This document shows positions 50,695-64,000 of a stretch of DNA of 64,000 nucleotides, piece after piece. Position numbers and translations under genes: made by a program. This stretch comes from the human T2T-CHM13v2.0 reference genome, Homo sapiens, in the NCBI RefSeq assembly GCF_009914755.1, contig NC_060929.1. One strand, 5' to 3'. Every line of letters begins with the position of its first letter. Position 1 is the stretch's first letter. A model generated the notes under the pieces. The model ran no database searches. It had not been told where the DNA came from and was given only the letters and a program-made list of their open reading frames with translations.

Positions 50695-51296
50695 TCTAAA
50701 GAAATATTTTAACAAGTAGCATGAACTCTAATTTTTCAACAGCAAAATATGAGAATCTGAATTGTGGAATTTATATAATTAAAAGGCTAAACTGAAGCAA
50801 CTGGAAAGTAACTGTCAATCTAGAATTGTATTCTCATCCTTTTGGAATTAAGCAAATCCAAATTATTTGCAGAAAAACACAAAGACATTTTACCAGAGCA
50901 GAGCTAGCTCACTAAGAAAATTTTTGAAACAGTATTTTGGAAATAATAAATATTATGCCATATAAATTGTTCTGAGATGTAAAGTAAAAATAGATAAAAT
51001 ATTGACTAATATGTTGATAATTCTAAGCAGAGTGTGGCCACCTAATGGTAATAATCATTATTTTTATTTGAAAACTGAGTAAAAGAATCATAGAACTAAA
51101 GTGCTGATTGTTAGCAAAACGTAGGACAGAAGATGATTGGTCAAAGTTAGTATTTTCTGGTTTTCTTTTTCTTTAGTAAAATTAATTATTGCAATTAAAT
51201 TTATTTAAAATGATTAAGGAAAATATTAAGAGAATTATAGTTACTTTAAGACAGCAGAAGAAAAGAAATACAGAACTTAATTAAATAATAATGAAA

Positions 51297-51616
<320 letters not shown>

Positions 51617-52206
51617 TTAGATAATTAGTACATAAATGATTCTGATTATATCAAGATAAGTTAGTATTCAAAATAATGATTATTGGGCTAAAATAATCAC
51701 CCAAATTACAGAGAGAGAAATAAATTGGATAAAAATTTTAATGTATGTTAAAATTGGATACATAATAAAAAGGCATTCTCAAATACAGAAGAGTACCAGA
51801 TTGTAAATGAAAAAAAAAAAAAAAGAATGGATATATCTAGAAAATACTACCTAAATTTAGTGTTTTTATCTGAATATTTTATATTTATGTGTAGTGATGA
51901 ACACCAAATTTAGAATGATGATCAGGTCAGGTGGAGAAAAATGGCAATGTAATCAGGAGGTATTCGTGGGCTTTCAGTTAAATTGCCAATATTTTATTTT
52001 CTAACTTTGCAAAAAAGTGACCAACCTCACTTATAACATGAGAGATACAAACTATAAGGGAACACTATTTTTCATCTATTACATTGGCAGAAAACAATCA
52101 ATTACATGATATATTACTTTGCTTTATGATATATTACTGGATTGAGTAAAATCTGGTATCACTTGTCAATAACCCAATGTCTATTAAAATTTAAAACACA
52201 TACATT

Positions 52207-52545
52207 TATATCAGTTATCTATTGCCATAGTAATGCTATTTAACAAACCACCCCAGAGGTCAAGGAATTAAATACAATTAGCTTTGAGCTCTCACAAGAC
52301 TATAGGTCAGTGACTTAGGGTGGTTCCTTACAAAAGCAAGCAAACTCAAACTTGAAAGCGACTTTCAAGCCTCTGTTTGCATCCCGCCCTCCAACATTGC
52401 ATGACCCACAAACAATTACAGGGCTGAACTCAGAATCAAGGATGGGGAAACAAACCCTGCCCCATCACTGAGATTAATTAGGAAATCACACATGAAAAGA
52501 CATGGATACAAGAGATGGTGAAGTATAAGAGAAACCAAAGCAATC
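52207..52545 (-). mobile_element. Old MLT1 LTR remnant
   Basis: TATCAGTTATCTATTGC...TAACAAACCACCCCA start typical of older MLT1. Confidence 0.6.
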
Positions 52546-53074
52546 AGTGTAATATATTCTTTGATGCAACCATTTTATACACAGATTTTTCCCCTACAGT
52601 TATACTTGGACAAAGGTGATATGACCTGGGTATAATAATATTTAGTAAAATATTACTTATATCAATAAATGAAAAATACCTAGTGTGAAAAATATCATTT
52701 ATGTATCTGTAAGGGATAAATTTAAAAACTACCAAAATTCCATGCAAAGGAATGTTCTGTAGCAACTGAAAATCATTTACATAAAATATTTTTAAGTAAA
52801 AAAGCTACATGAAAAATGGGTTATATGATATCAGATTTTAAAATAAATAATATATGCTTAGGTATTTCTTGAACAATAGTTAAATAAGTGCTAAAAATGG
52901 GTGATTGCCATTGCAGAGGGGAACAGAATGGCTGAGCAACTAAAGTGTTCATAATCTTATTAAATACAATGTACTTTTCAATCCATTTAAAATTCTGCAC
53001 CATAGGCATACATTACCTGTTTTACTTATTATGTGGTTTTTCACACAACAACTTATAATTTTGTGTGTGTGTGT

Positions 53075-53442
53075 GTATCTGTATGCTATAAAGATACGAC
53101 CTGAGACTGGGTAATCTATAAACAAGAGAGATTTAATTGAATCACAGTTCCACATGGCTGGGGAGCGGGGGAGCTCAGGAAACTTACAATCATGGGGAAA
53201 GGTGTGAATGAGAAGCAAGCACCTTCTTCACAAGGCAGCAGGAAAGAGAGAGAGAGAATGTGTGAGGAAGTGCCATACTTTAAAATCATCAGCTCTTGTG
53301 AGAAAGCCCTCATGATAATGAACGCATTATGAAGGAAACTGCACCCATGATTTAATCACCTCCCATCAGGACCCTCCCTCAATATGTGGGGATTACAATT
53401 CGAGATGAGATTTGGGTGGGGGCACAGAGCCAAACAATATGA
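53075..53442 (-). mobile_element. THE1/MST solo LTR (THE1D-like)
   Basis: CCTGAGACTGGGTAAT...CAGGAAACTTACAATCATGG...GAGATTTGGGTGGGGGCACAGAGCCAAAC. Confidence 0.88.
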
Positions 53443-56365
53443 GTATCCTACATCAATTAATAGACAGCAACTCTGTAATAATTCATTCCAAGTAGGTAGA
53501 TCTTTCCAACACATTTCTGATATATCATCATAATCATTGACCTTAATGTCTCAAAATGGAGTCACTCACATCAAGTGGTGCTAAGCCTACAGTGAGGCTG
53601 CTCCCCACTCAAAGTGATAAACATATATGGTACAGAATTTTAAACAGATTGAAAGGTATATTGTATTTAGTAAGAGACCCAAAACTAAGAAATAGAAAGT
53701 GAAAGGTGGATGAGAGGATGAGATAATGAGATCATGAGAATAGACACATCTACAGAGGATTATAAAACAGCCAAGACCCAGCCTTGAGCAAGACACTTTT
53801 GGAGGTCTTCTTCTGACTTTGGTGGATACTGCTTTACTCAGCTCAAGAAAAGCAGTGGCCTTACCCCAGGGTTCAAAGGACTTTTGGACCCAGTTGACTT
53901 GTCTGTGGGGGCATTGGTCTCTGAAGCCATCTCTGTTGTTCATTACCCTCCATTAATTAATGCCTGTGAGCTGAGTATTAATTACATGATTTATGATGTG
54001 TGAATGCCTCACAAGCAAAAGACGAATTTGAGCAAATATAATTGGCTATTGAGTCTTTGTGAAACCTAGGAGTTACTAGGAGTTGGCACATCTGTACAGC
54101 AGGAACTAAATTAACATAATAATTTTCCACTCTTTAAATTATTTTCATCTGAATTAAGATTAAACTGGACTATGTAGAATAGATGGCTTGAAATATGTAA
54201 ATTTCACGTAATTCATATGAATTGCCAAAAGTTGTGTGTGTCTATACTTGAATTAACGAATATGGTTTGTACATCTTTTCAATTCTTATTTTGGTCATTT
54301 TTTCTTCATTTAATTTTACTAATAAGATGACAACTCTTCTTTGAAGAAAGAAACAATGTTTTATATTTTGTTCTCTGGATAGTTGCTTAGAGAGAGAAGC
54401 CATATAACACAGTAGAAATGCAACAAGATTCCGAATTAAAGAGAACTGCCACAAATTGTCAGGAGGTAGAGCCATTTGATCTTGGGCCAATTGTTTAATT
54501 TTTTTTCTGAGCATCAGTCCCATTTTAAGGGGGAAAAAGGAGAGAAATATTGTCTATCAACCAGTGTTAGTTTGAATGTTTCTCTTCCTTATTTGTATTC
54601 TACCCTATAAGTTGTTGGTTGTTAATTGTTGTGATATTTTATTGTTTGACATTAGTAAATATATTCAGTATTTATTAGACTCTTCTCCATAATGACAACT
54701 TTTTTCATGGTTAAAACAAAAATGATCATGGGAAAGGCAATATATTTTTAAATCCCCTAATGGTTTGGACAATTTATATGAAATATTTTCTATTTTAATG
54801 TACAAACAATAAAATTTAATATAAACAAATCACACTGGCTGTATTTTAGGCTGGTCTCTTGCTGTTTGTAAGACAGATGGCAACATTTCTAAAGTTATAA
54901 ATATAAATTATAGTGTGTATGCCATTGGGTATTCAAATGCATAATTTCAAATATATTTGACTACTTATTTTTCATAAATATGTAAATATTTTGTTTATCT
55001 TTGGGGACCAAATCGATGTATTACATCCAAATAATAATCCAAAGGGAATAAATATCTCTTGAACTTGGTTCCAAAATTTATAATGAGTATACTTTGCCAA
55101 AGTAAATGACTTTCAGGATCTGACTTTTTAAAGTGAATAGCATATTGCAAAGAGAAACTGTTCTAACTGATATTAGAAGCTAACAATATTCTGTATTGGC
55201 TTTACAATGGGAAAATAGAAAATAACAAATTTGAAGATAATGGGCAAGAGACAAAATGGAAAGAAAAACTAATAAAAACTTATACAAACAAATCTCATTG
55301 GTCAGTTTTTTCTTTAATGGTTTAATTGCTTTTTTAAAAAGCATTTTAGTTAAAACCGCAAAATTGACATTTTCAGCATTACCTAATTTATCTAGAAGGA
55401 GAGCTTATGTGTAGATAAAATCAAATATTCTATTACAGGTTAATAGCTTACTTTCTCTGCATGTATATGTGTCCTTATAGATCAATTATATTATAGTATT
55501 TCTGAGTTCAACAAACGTTGTCCTTTAGTGAACTTTATCTAGTGTCATGTATACAATGTTCTCACATTCCTACCCAGATGACAATAAATGTTATTAGATC
55601 TTAATGAAAATCAAAATTTCCTACATTCAGTAATTAGCTAGTAAAACTAATTATTTAAGGACCTACAAAGCTAGTGTTAAAGGTGATTAAGCCAAGTTAA
55701 TGATTATAAAAATAATTATACATACACAATGAACTTCAGAATTCTAATTGGACTGTGTATCCCAGTTAATTAGATAATTAGCACACCAAGATTGTTGAAA
55801 AACTTTGAGCAGTTGGGAAAGTGCATTCTTTAGAAATCTTACATTTACATGTGCTCTTTAAAATGATTTGATATCACAAATTTTCCAAAGTTAAAAAGCA
55901 ACCAAATACTTTTCATTATTCACAATAATTAGTAGATATCCAATTAATGTTATTGTTATGAATTTCTTTCCATTCTAAGCAAAATTTCATCAAAATTGCA
56001 GTAAACTCCAAAAATACAAACTAAGATTAGATGAATTTGTTGCTTGGTTGCCTCCAGTTGAATAAATTCTGGAAGGTTATACTGTATTCTGCTAAGTATT
56101 CCAGGTATAAATTAGATCATCTATCCTGAATAATTACATTATAATATCTTACAGAAAATTGTTTTTAGCTTGGTCAATTTTTGGCAGTTTTGACAACTCT
56201 TTCTGTTTCAAGTGATTGGAGCATTGTCTTATATATAAAATTATTTTAATGTTGCTATTTTAAAAGTCTGAAAAATATATACCTCATCAACTCACCATTA
56301 TTTAGATCTGTTGAAGCCCAGTGTGAAATAACCGAGGATGGTGAACTGGGACTGGCATAATTAGC

Positions 56366-56367
<2 letters not shown>

Positions 56368-56401
<34 letters not shown>
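56368..56401. repeat. (CA)17 microsatellite
   Basis: Perfect dinucleotide run. Confidence 0.95.
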
Positions 56402-56407
<6 letters not shown>

Positions 56408-58855
56408 CTTGTTGGCAATGACTTACACACATACATAAATAATAATAATAATTAGAAATAAATTCTCAACTTCTATAAGAATTATGTTTGATATTATAAT
56501 TATTTGTTCAGAAATGTTCTCATCCAATGAACAGATTGTTCTAAAGAGTAGACCTGACATGTTTCATATTCACAATATTTTTCTGTAATGCTTTGCTCTT
56601 AGAAGAATCCCAATAAATATTTGTTGAATATTTGGTTATGGTTTAGAAGAAATTAAAAATTTTTTTCCAATTAGACTTTCGTAAGGTTTTGATTTAAAAG
56701 TTATTCACAATTTGTAAATTTAAAAAGGACTGATCATTTTGGTAAATACTTATTTTCAAATTTTCATATCCAGGAGGTGATTATATATAACAGGAAACAT
56801 ATTTAAAATTTATCATTAAAGTACAGATATATTGAAATTCCTTCTTTGATTGGAGTTGTTATTAATTAGTTATCTATGTCTTTGGGAAGGACAAACACAG
56901 AAACCTCTATTGATTAGGTTACCAGTATAAATTCAAACTTTGCCCAACAACCAGAATTCTTAGAATAAAGAGAATTCAAGTTCACTGCCAACCAGTGGCA
57001 CAATCAACATATGGTCTTCCTAAGTTCAATCAGAAAAACAGAGTCATTGTAGGCATGAAAAGAAGGTGGATATAGGTTCAGAATTAGGGCATCCATGGAT
57101 GCAGTGGAGACTAGTGGAGTGAAGTTTGAAACACTGCGGTGGGCTAGTTAGAGCAGTGGAGAACTAGAACAGAGAGAAATGAATCTTGAACAAAATGAGC
57201 CAAAGCTTTTTGAAGTAAGTTTGACGAGGAGTCTGCAAAGTCTCTCCGAAGTGGAAAGTGGTTGCAAGGTGGAAAATCAAAACTAGTGGGGAGGTCCTAA
57301 TGCCATTGTCTCTGCACATCACCAGCTCCAAAGAGTAATGCCTTTTGCCTCCTTTCCACCTTCCAAGTTGATGACAGTTTCTGTCCTTGCAAATTCTAAC
57401 CCTGAGTCATATATAAAAGGACATTTGGAAATAGTTTCTTATGTTGAAAGGAAATTGCACTGGTGCTTCATTAATAACAGACAAATCTGAAATAAGCCCA
57501 AAAATACATGAACATAAAAATATATGTATCGGAAATTATTAGTCAAGATAAATAGATGCTTACTGACTGTGTGTGATTGTTGACTTCGTGTGATTATAAT
57601 CATAGAACTGTTCAAGGAATTCGGTGATTATAAATTAAAACGAGGAGCTGTGACTTTAAAAGAGACCATTTTTCTTATTTGCATGACTGTCTTAATGAAC
57701 TTTTCCATTCAAATATATGATGTTGAATGTGTTAGACAGATACAAAATAGAACATTTTTCAATAGGGGGAAAGTTCATACGCCAAAATGATATAATTCCA
57801 AATACAATTGCTTGGAATATGGGGAAAATCCTAGATTGAGAGGAAGAACTAGATAGGCTGTCAAGTGCAGATGGGCTAGGGTTTCCCTGGAGTTACTAGG
57901 AGTCTAAGACACCACATCCAGAGAGTTAAAGTAAATTCAAACCCATAAGGCTCAGCAACATTTGGTGTTCAACTGGTCTGGTCCTAGAGATTTGTGTGTG
58001 CTGAGGTTTGCAGGAGACGATTTGAGTTGTGCTAGTTTTTGATCCCAGATACATAAAGCTTTTAGTCCTAGAAAGATATTTTGGGCTTTTGGGTTGATAT
58101 AAAAAAAGAATGGTAAAATAAATAAATCAGTTCAGATGTTGTGCGGTTAAGAACTTCTTAAATCCAGGGGAAAAATATCATTCCAAATGAAAAAAAAAAA
58201 AAACAAAAAAAAAACAACAACCTTTAAAGGAGAATGAACAAGTGCATTGAGAGTAACAAAAGAAAAGTAAATGTAACTCCTGTATTGAAACCCAGACTGC
58301 CCAATTCATACCTTGCTCATGAGACCCAGTGTAATGGCTGCACAGACTCATCTAAGAGCAGTCACTTAATGTGAATAAATAAGAAGAGCTAAGGCTTCTT
58401 CCTCTGCCCCAGTTTTTCAAGCTGAAGACTTGACTATTCATGAAACCCGACATGAGAGTAACAGGTGTCCCTACTCCCAGTGTGAGGTGAGATTTTCCAT
58501 AATATATCTTGTCGTGTTGGGTCTACAAAAGGATGCTTGTCTTTAATTCACATGGTATTGGGACAGCCAGAGAAAACACAACAAAGCGTCTAAATCAATA
58601 TTTCCATATCTGAGGAGAAAGAGAGAGAGAGAGAAAGAAGCCATCCTACTATGTCAGTGTAGAAAAGGTATAGAACATTTTCTTAATTAAAAAATTATAG
58701 TCCAAATGTAAGATTCAGTCAAAAGTATATTAGTTTTCAGAGGTATTAATATTTTCAAATGTATTAATCTTAGAATTCTACACTGAAGCAGATTACAAAC
58801 ATTTTTTCTGACTCATGATTACCCCACAAATATTTGCTGAAAAAAATAAAAGACT

Positions 58856-59195
<340 letters not shown>

Positions 59196-59409
59196 TCAGA
59201 AAAGTGTCAGGGACATAGTTTTAAAGACAACTATAGTTAAGAAACTGATTAAAAAATGGGAATACGTATGAGAAATAATTTTAGTGTGTATTTTTCTGTT
59301 TAGATATAATATACTTAACTTTATATGAATATGTTACTTTTTTAGAGTGAACTTGATTTTGTAATATCATTTTTGAAAACGTCTATATCAACTTCTATAC
59401 AACCAGTTT

Positions 59410-59832
59410 TGTAACCAAAACATCAGAGATTTGGTGTTGGTGCTTTTGCTTGCCGCAAAGAAAGCCAATCTCTGAGATGATGAGTATCGTCAGGAAAGAC
59501 GGCTTTATTCAGGTGCTGTAGTCAGTGAGAACAGATTAGTCTCAAATCTGTCTCCCCTACCTACTAAAATTGAAGGTTTATATAGTGGGCGAGGAATGTA
59601 AAACAGGAATTAGGAGGAGTAAGGAAGCAATCATGATACATGAGAAGGTCTGATGTCTCATTTTCTGCAGGCAGTGATCTGTTGAGTTTCAGTCCCTTGT
59701 TTCATGGTCAATTTCCTGAGGGAGAAACTCAGGTAAAGCAAATGTAAATTTCAAGTTTTAAAACCAGGAGGGTCAATTTCCATGTGTATTCAAAAACTCA
59801 TTAATTTCTATGAAACAATTGGGCCAGTTTCT
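59410..59832 (-). mobile_element. MER57-family (ERV1) solo LTR
   Basis: Minus strand starts GAAACTGGCCCAATTG; AGAAAGCCAATC...GGCTTTATT U5/poly(A) region. Confidence 0.72.
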
Positions 59833-60936
59833 ATTGGCCAATAAATAAATATTTCAAAAATTACATAATTTTAATGTGTTTTTACTATCTCCTTTTTGAT
59901 GGTAGATTACATATTTATCCAGCCTATAAATTTTCTGCTTAGCATATTTTTAACAGCTCGTTATTGCTGATATTTATATGAGAATCTCATGGATAGATCT
60001 GGATTCCTAAGGGTGGATTCTTTATTTGGACATTTTCTATTGTCTTTGAACAGGGATGAAGTTATACATGTCTTCAAGAAGTTGCTTCTACAGTTTGGAA
60101 TGTCTTGCTAATGGAAACTACTGAAATATTTACTGGCCACAATTATATTACTTCAAACATGGCATGGAGTTTGTTACAGGATTTGTTTCAAACATTTATT
60201 GTCTTTATTTACCGTGGTGAGGTGTGGTGGAAGCTGGACAATCCCCTTGAAACTCCACCTTCTGCTCACTGAGATGCAAATCTGAACAAGCAACTCATTG
60301 TCACATACCCTTGAGAAACTCTGGTTATCTAAGGATGCCCTTATTATTCTAATTCTATTCACCTATTGTCTTTATGAGTGATGGTCTAGACTACTATTGT
60401 GACTAAAAGTAAACAGAAATAATACTTGATCATCAAGAAACTTGCTATAGCAAATATTTTTGCTTGGAGCTTATTTTATTTATATTTTTTCTTATACTAT
60501 TAAAAATAACATGTATAGATTAATATTTAATAATCCCTAACCTTGCAAATTAAAATAGTTTGCTCCTGCTATAAGGCATTTTTATATTCAGCAAATATAT
60601 GAGGGATATCTATGAGTCAGAAAATGTTTAGATACGTACTGGTGACACAGAAGTAAACACAACAGACAAAAATCTTCACCCTGAGGAGTTTAAGTTTCAG
60701 TAAAAATTTTCATTTAATTTCACTATAGAATAGATCAGAGAAATGTAAATAGGAAATCCCAATACCCAGTTAACCTTCTTTTAACCATAACATCAATGTT
60801 GCTGGACTAGGCCCTCTGAGAATAGTTGTGCTCAATCCACAGGCTCCTGCCAAGTAACAGGAATGATATTGATCATTAATTTATTCCAGAACTATCTAAA
60901 ATCTGCCCACAGTTTTCAAAGTCTATTTTATTACGT

Positions 60937-61025
60937 ATATGTAAAACATAGAAAATCTAATAAAAGACATTTTGTCTAATAAAAGACATATGTAAAACAT
61001 AGAAAATCTAATAAAAGACAAAATG
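60937..61025. repeat. Complex local duplication with an inverted snippet
   Basis: 33-mer ATATGTAAAACATAGAAAATCTAATAAAAGACA at 60937-60969 and 60988-61020, with a third TCTAATAAAAGACA between them. Confidence 0.9.
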
Positions 61026-61958
61026 AATGTTTTTCAATATTTGCTTCACTTAAAAATAAAATATTATAGATAAACTTCAATCTCCTGTGGCTTTCTTAAT
61101 CCCATTGCTATGCCCCTTGACAGATTTAACACTCTGTAATCACTAGGCAATATCGCTCTCCTGAATTATTTTATAAGTTTAATATATAAAGCCTTCTTAA
61201 CAAAGTCATTTGTCTACTCTGTATGTATGCACATACACAAACACAGACCTACATGTACACGTACATGTAAAATGTATCCATGCTGATACATATAACTATC
61301 ATTCATTCATTTAATTCATTTACATGCATATATCACAATATATATCTAATATCTTATTTTATAAACAGTTTAGGTGATTTACACATATTCTCAATTACAG
61401 TAATCTTCAGATACATATTCTTAAATATAACACCTTGAGTGAATGTGTTAAATATTTTCACAGGGCATTTTGCTGGTAGGTTTGTTCTTTTATGGTATTC
61501 ACATAAGTATGATATAATTTATCACAATTTGCCACCAATTTTTTTCTTTTTTAACAACTAGCATACAAGTATATTTCATTTTCCCATATCCTTACGAATA
61601 AATAAACATTAAAAATTTGCCATATTTATGAAATAGAACATCTTAGTGTTGAATATTATTACCCTGATTACCAGTGAGGTTGAACATCTTTTGGTAACTT
61701 TATTGAATATTTAGTTTTCTTCAGTTCTCAATTGTCTGTCATATTTGTTACCTAATATACTATTATCTTACTTTTCTTTTGAAATTTATTTATTAGAGTT
61801 CTTTATATACTGCAGAAAAAAAAATTACAACGTTCACTTAATCATAGAGGAATCATTAGGGAAATCTTATCAGATGCATTAATACACACTAATTTCTTGG
61901 TTACCACTGTTGAGAATTGTTGTCTTTGGTTCACTTTTTTCATCAATTGAATCAATAG

Positions 61959-62750
61959 TTTTTTTTTTATTATACTTTAAGTTTTAGTGTACATGTGCGC
62001 AACGTGCAGCATAGTTACATACGTATACATGTGCCATGTTGGTGTGCTGCACCCAGTAATTCGTCATTTAACATTAGGTATATCTCCAAATGCTATCCCT
62101 CCCCCCTCCCCCCACCCCACAACAGGCCCCAGTGTGTGATGTTCCCCTTCCTGTGTCCCTGTGTTCTCATTATTCCATTCCCACCTATGAGTGAGAACGT
62201 GTGGTGTTTGGTTTTTTGTCCTTGCAATAGTTTGCTCAGAATGATGGTTTCCAGCTTCATCCATGTCCCTACAAAGGACATGAACTCATAGTTTTTTATG
62301 GCTGCATAGTATTCCATGGTGTATATGTGCCACATTTTCTCAATCTAGTCTATCACTGATGGACATTTGGGTTGGTTCCAAGTCTTTGCTATTGTGAATA
62401 GTGCCACAATAAACATACGTGTGCATGTGTCTTTACAGCAGCATGATTTATAATCCTTTGGGTATATATCCAGTAATGGGATTGCTGAGTCAAATGGTAT
62501 TTCTAGTTCTAGATCCCTGAGGAATTGCCACACTGCCTTCCACAATGGTTGAACTAGTTTACAATCCCACCAACAGTGTAAAAGTGTTCCTATTTCTCCA
62601 CATCCTCTCCAGCGCCTGTTGTTTCCTGACTTTTTAATGATCACCATTCTAACTGGTGTGAGATGGTATCTCATTGTGGTTTTGATTTGCATTTCTCTGA
62701 TGGCCAGTGATGATGAGCATTTTTTCATGTGTCTGTTGGCTGCATAAATG
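61959..62750 (-). mobile_element. L1PA (PA4-5-like) 3' fragment
   Basis: Poly-T, TTATACTTTAAGTTTTAG; ORF 62345..62788(-) matches the ORF2 C-terminus ([18 protein letters not shown]...[13 protein letters not shown]). Confidence 0.95.
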
Positions 62751-63261
62751 CATATATATATATATATGTTATATACATACAGAGCCATTAAAATCCCTGC
62801 ACAGTTCTTTAAATCAAGTGGGTTCTAATGTCATGACACTTTCTGTACTAGATCCAGCCCTAAAGAGATCACTCACTCTGTTTTCTCCCAGATAAGGATG
62901 ATTAGAATAAGACTCACCAAAATCCCATACTTTCATGTTAATCATTGTAACCGATGAAACAAAATCAACTGGGGTTGATTTTCTATATCTATATCTATAT
63001 ATCTTTATTGATATCCATATGTATATTTATTTCTATATCTCCTAAAATGACTAAGTGATGCTGTAAATTCATAATAATAAGAAATTCTTATGGATAAAAG
63101 AGTATAACAAATAAATAGACTGCTTTATATGACATGCTAGTCTTGAAATTCAGTTATTTCTGATATTATGTATCTCATATGGTTGTGAATATTATAATAA
63201 TTGCATGGAAAATTTCACATTAGCATTTTAATAATAACTGTCATTATCTAATAATGGTCAG

Positions 63262-63573
63262 TGTCAACACACCTGACCTTCTGTCTTTATAACAGTTAAA
63301 AAGGTAAACTGAATCACTATTAAACTTTTAGAGCTTTATTTGAGTAACCAGTGATTCATAAATTATGCAGCTTCAAAACAGAGGTGGATCAGGAGCTTGG
63401 AAAAAGAAGCCTAATTAATGGACAGCGTTTTATGGTGCAAATGTGGAAGTAAAACACAGAATGTATTTGACTGGTTGCAGTTATACTGTTGCCTTATGTG
63501 GTCTACCCCACTGGAAAGTTCCTAGTTATAAAATTATAAGTTTGTTGGCTGCTTTTGATTGGATAAGTTTAAG
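63262..63573 (-). mobile_element. Possible old ERV LTR fragment interrupted by the following L1
   Basis: GGTAAACTGA...GCTTTATTTGAG and TTTGACTGGTTGCAGTTATAC LTR-like motifs; family not assigned. Confidence 0.4.
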
Positions 63574-64000
63574 TTATTATTATTATTATTATAATACTTT
63601 AAGTTCTAGGGTACATGTGCACAACGTGAAGGTTTGTTACATATGTCTTCCACAGTGGTTGAACTAGTTTACAGTTCCACCAACAGTGTAAACGTGTTCC
63701 TATTTCTCCCCATCCTCACCAGAACCTGTTGTTTCCTGACTTTTTAATGATCACCATTCTAACTGGTGTGAGATGGTATCTCATTGTGGTTTTGATTTGC
63801 ATTTCTCTGATGGCCAGTGTTGATGAGCATTTTTTCATGTGTCTGTTGGCTGCATAAATGTCTTCTTTTGAGAAGTGTCTGTTCATATCCTTCGCCCACT
63901 TTTTGATGGGATTGTTTGTTTTTTTCTTGTAAATTTGTTTGAGTTCTTTGTAGATATTAGCCCTTTATCAGATGAGTAGATTGCAAAAATTTTCTCCCAT
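63574..64000 (-). mobile_element. L1PA 3' portion with an internal deletion; runs off the window
   Basis: (TTA)n tail, ACTTTAAGTTCTAGGGTACATGTGCAC, then a direct jump to ORF2 C-terminal sequence at ~63645. Confidence 0.93.

Noticed and set aside
54000-57000. Repeat-poor AT-rich block as a conserved enhancer or exon
   Set aside because: No diagnostic signal visible; needs conservation or chromatin data.

Overview
AT-rich, repeat-dense primate (human-like) intergenic DNA with no intact protein-coding gene. The centrepiece is a full-length processed pseudogene of moesin at ~35915-39984 (+). It has a CpG-rich 5' leader, an intronless 1735-nt disabled CDS, a ~2-kb 3'UTR and a decayed poly(A) tail. 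It best fits human MSNP1 (5p14.1), whose opposite strand is the reported source of the lncRNA MSNP1AS. The rest is transposon-derived: 18 Alus, L1 pieces (one ~5.4 kb with nested insertions), a complete THE1D-like MaLR element, solo LTRs (LTR12, PABL_A, MER4, MER57, THE1, MLT1, MLT2), DNA-transposon remnants and microsatellites. Repeat subfamily names and all comparisons to the parent MSN sequence come from recall, not from a search. I found no convincing previously undescribed system. The best leads are in the retrocopy (retained promoter-like CpG island, a frameshift-created 328-aa ORF, altered miRNA seed sites), plus two close inverted AluY pairs and several template-switch scars.
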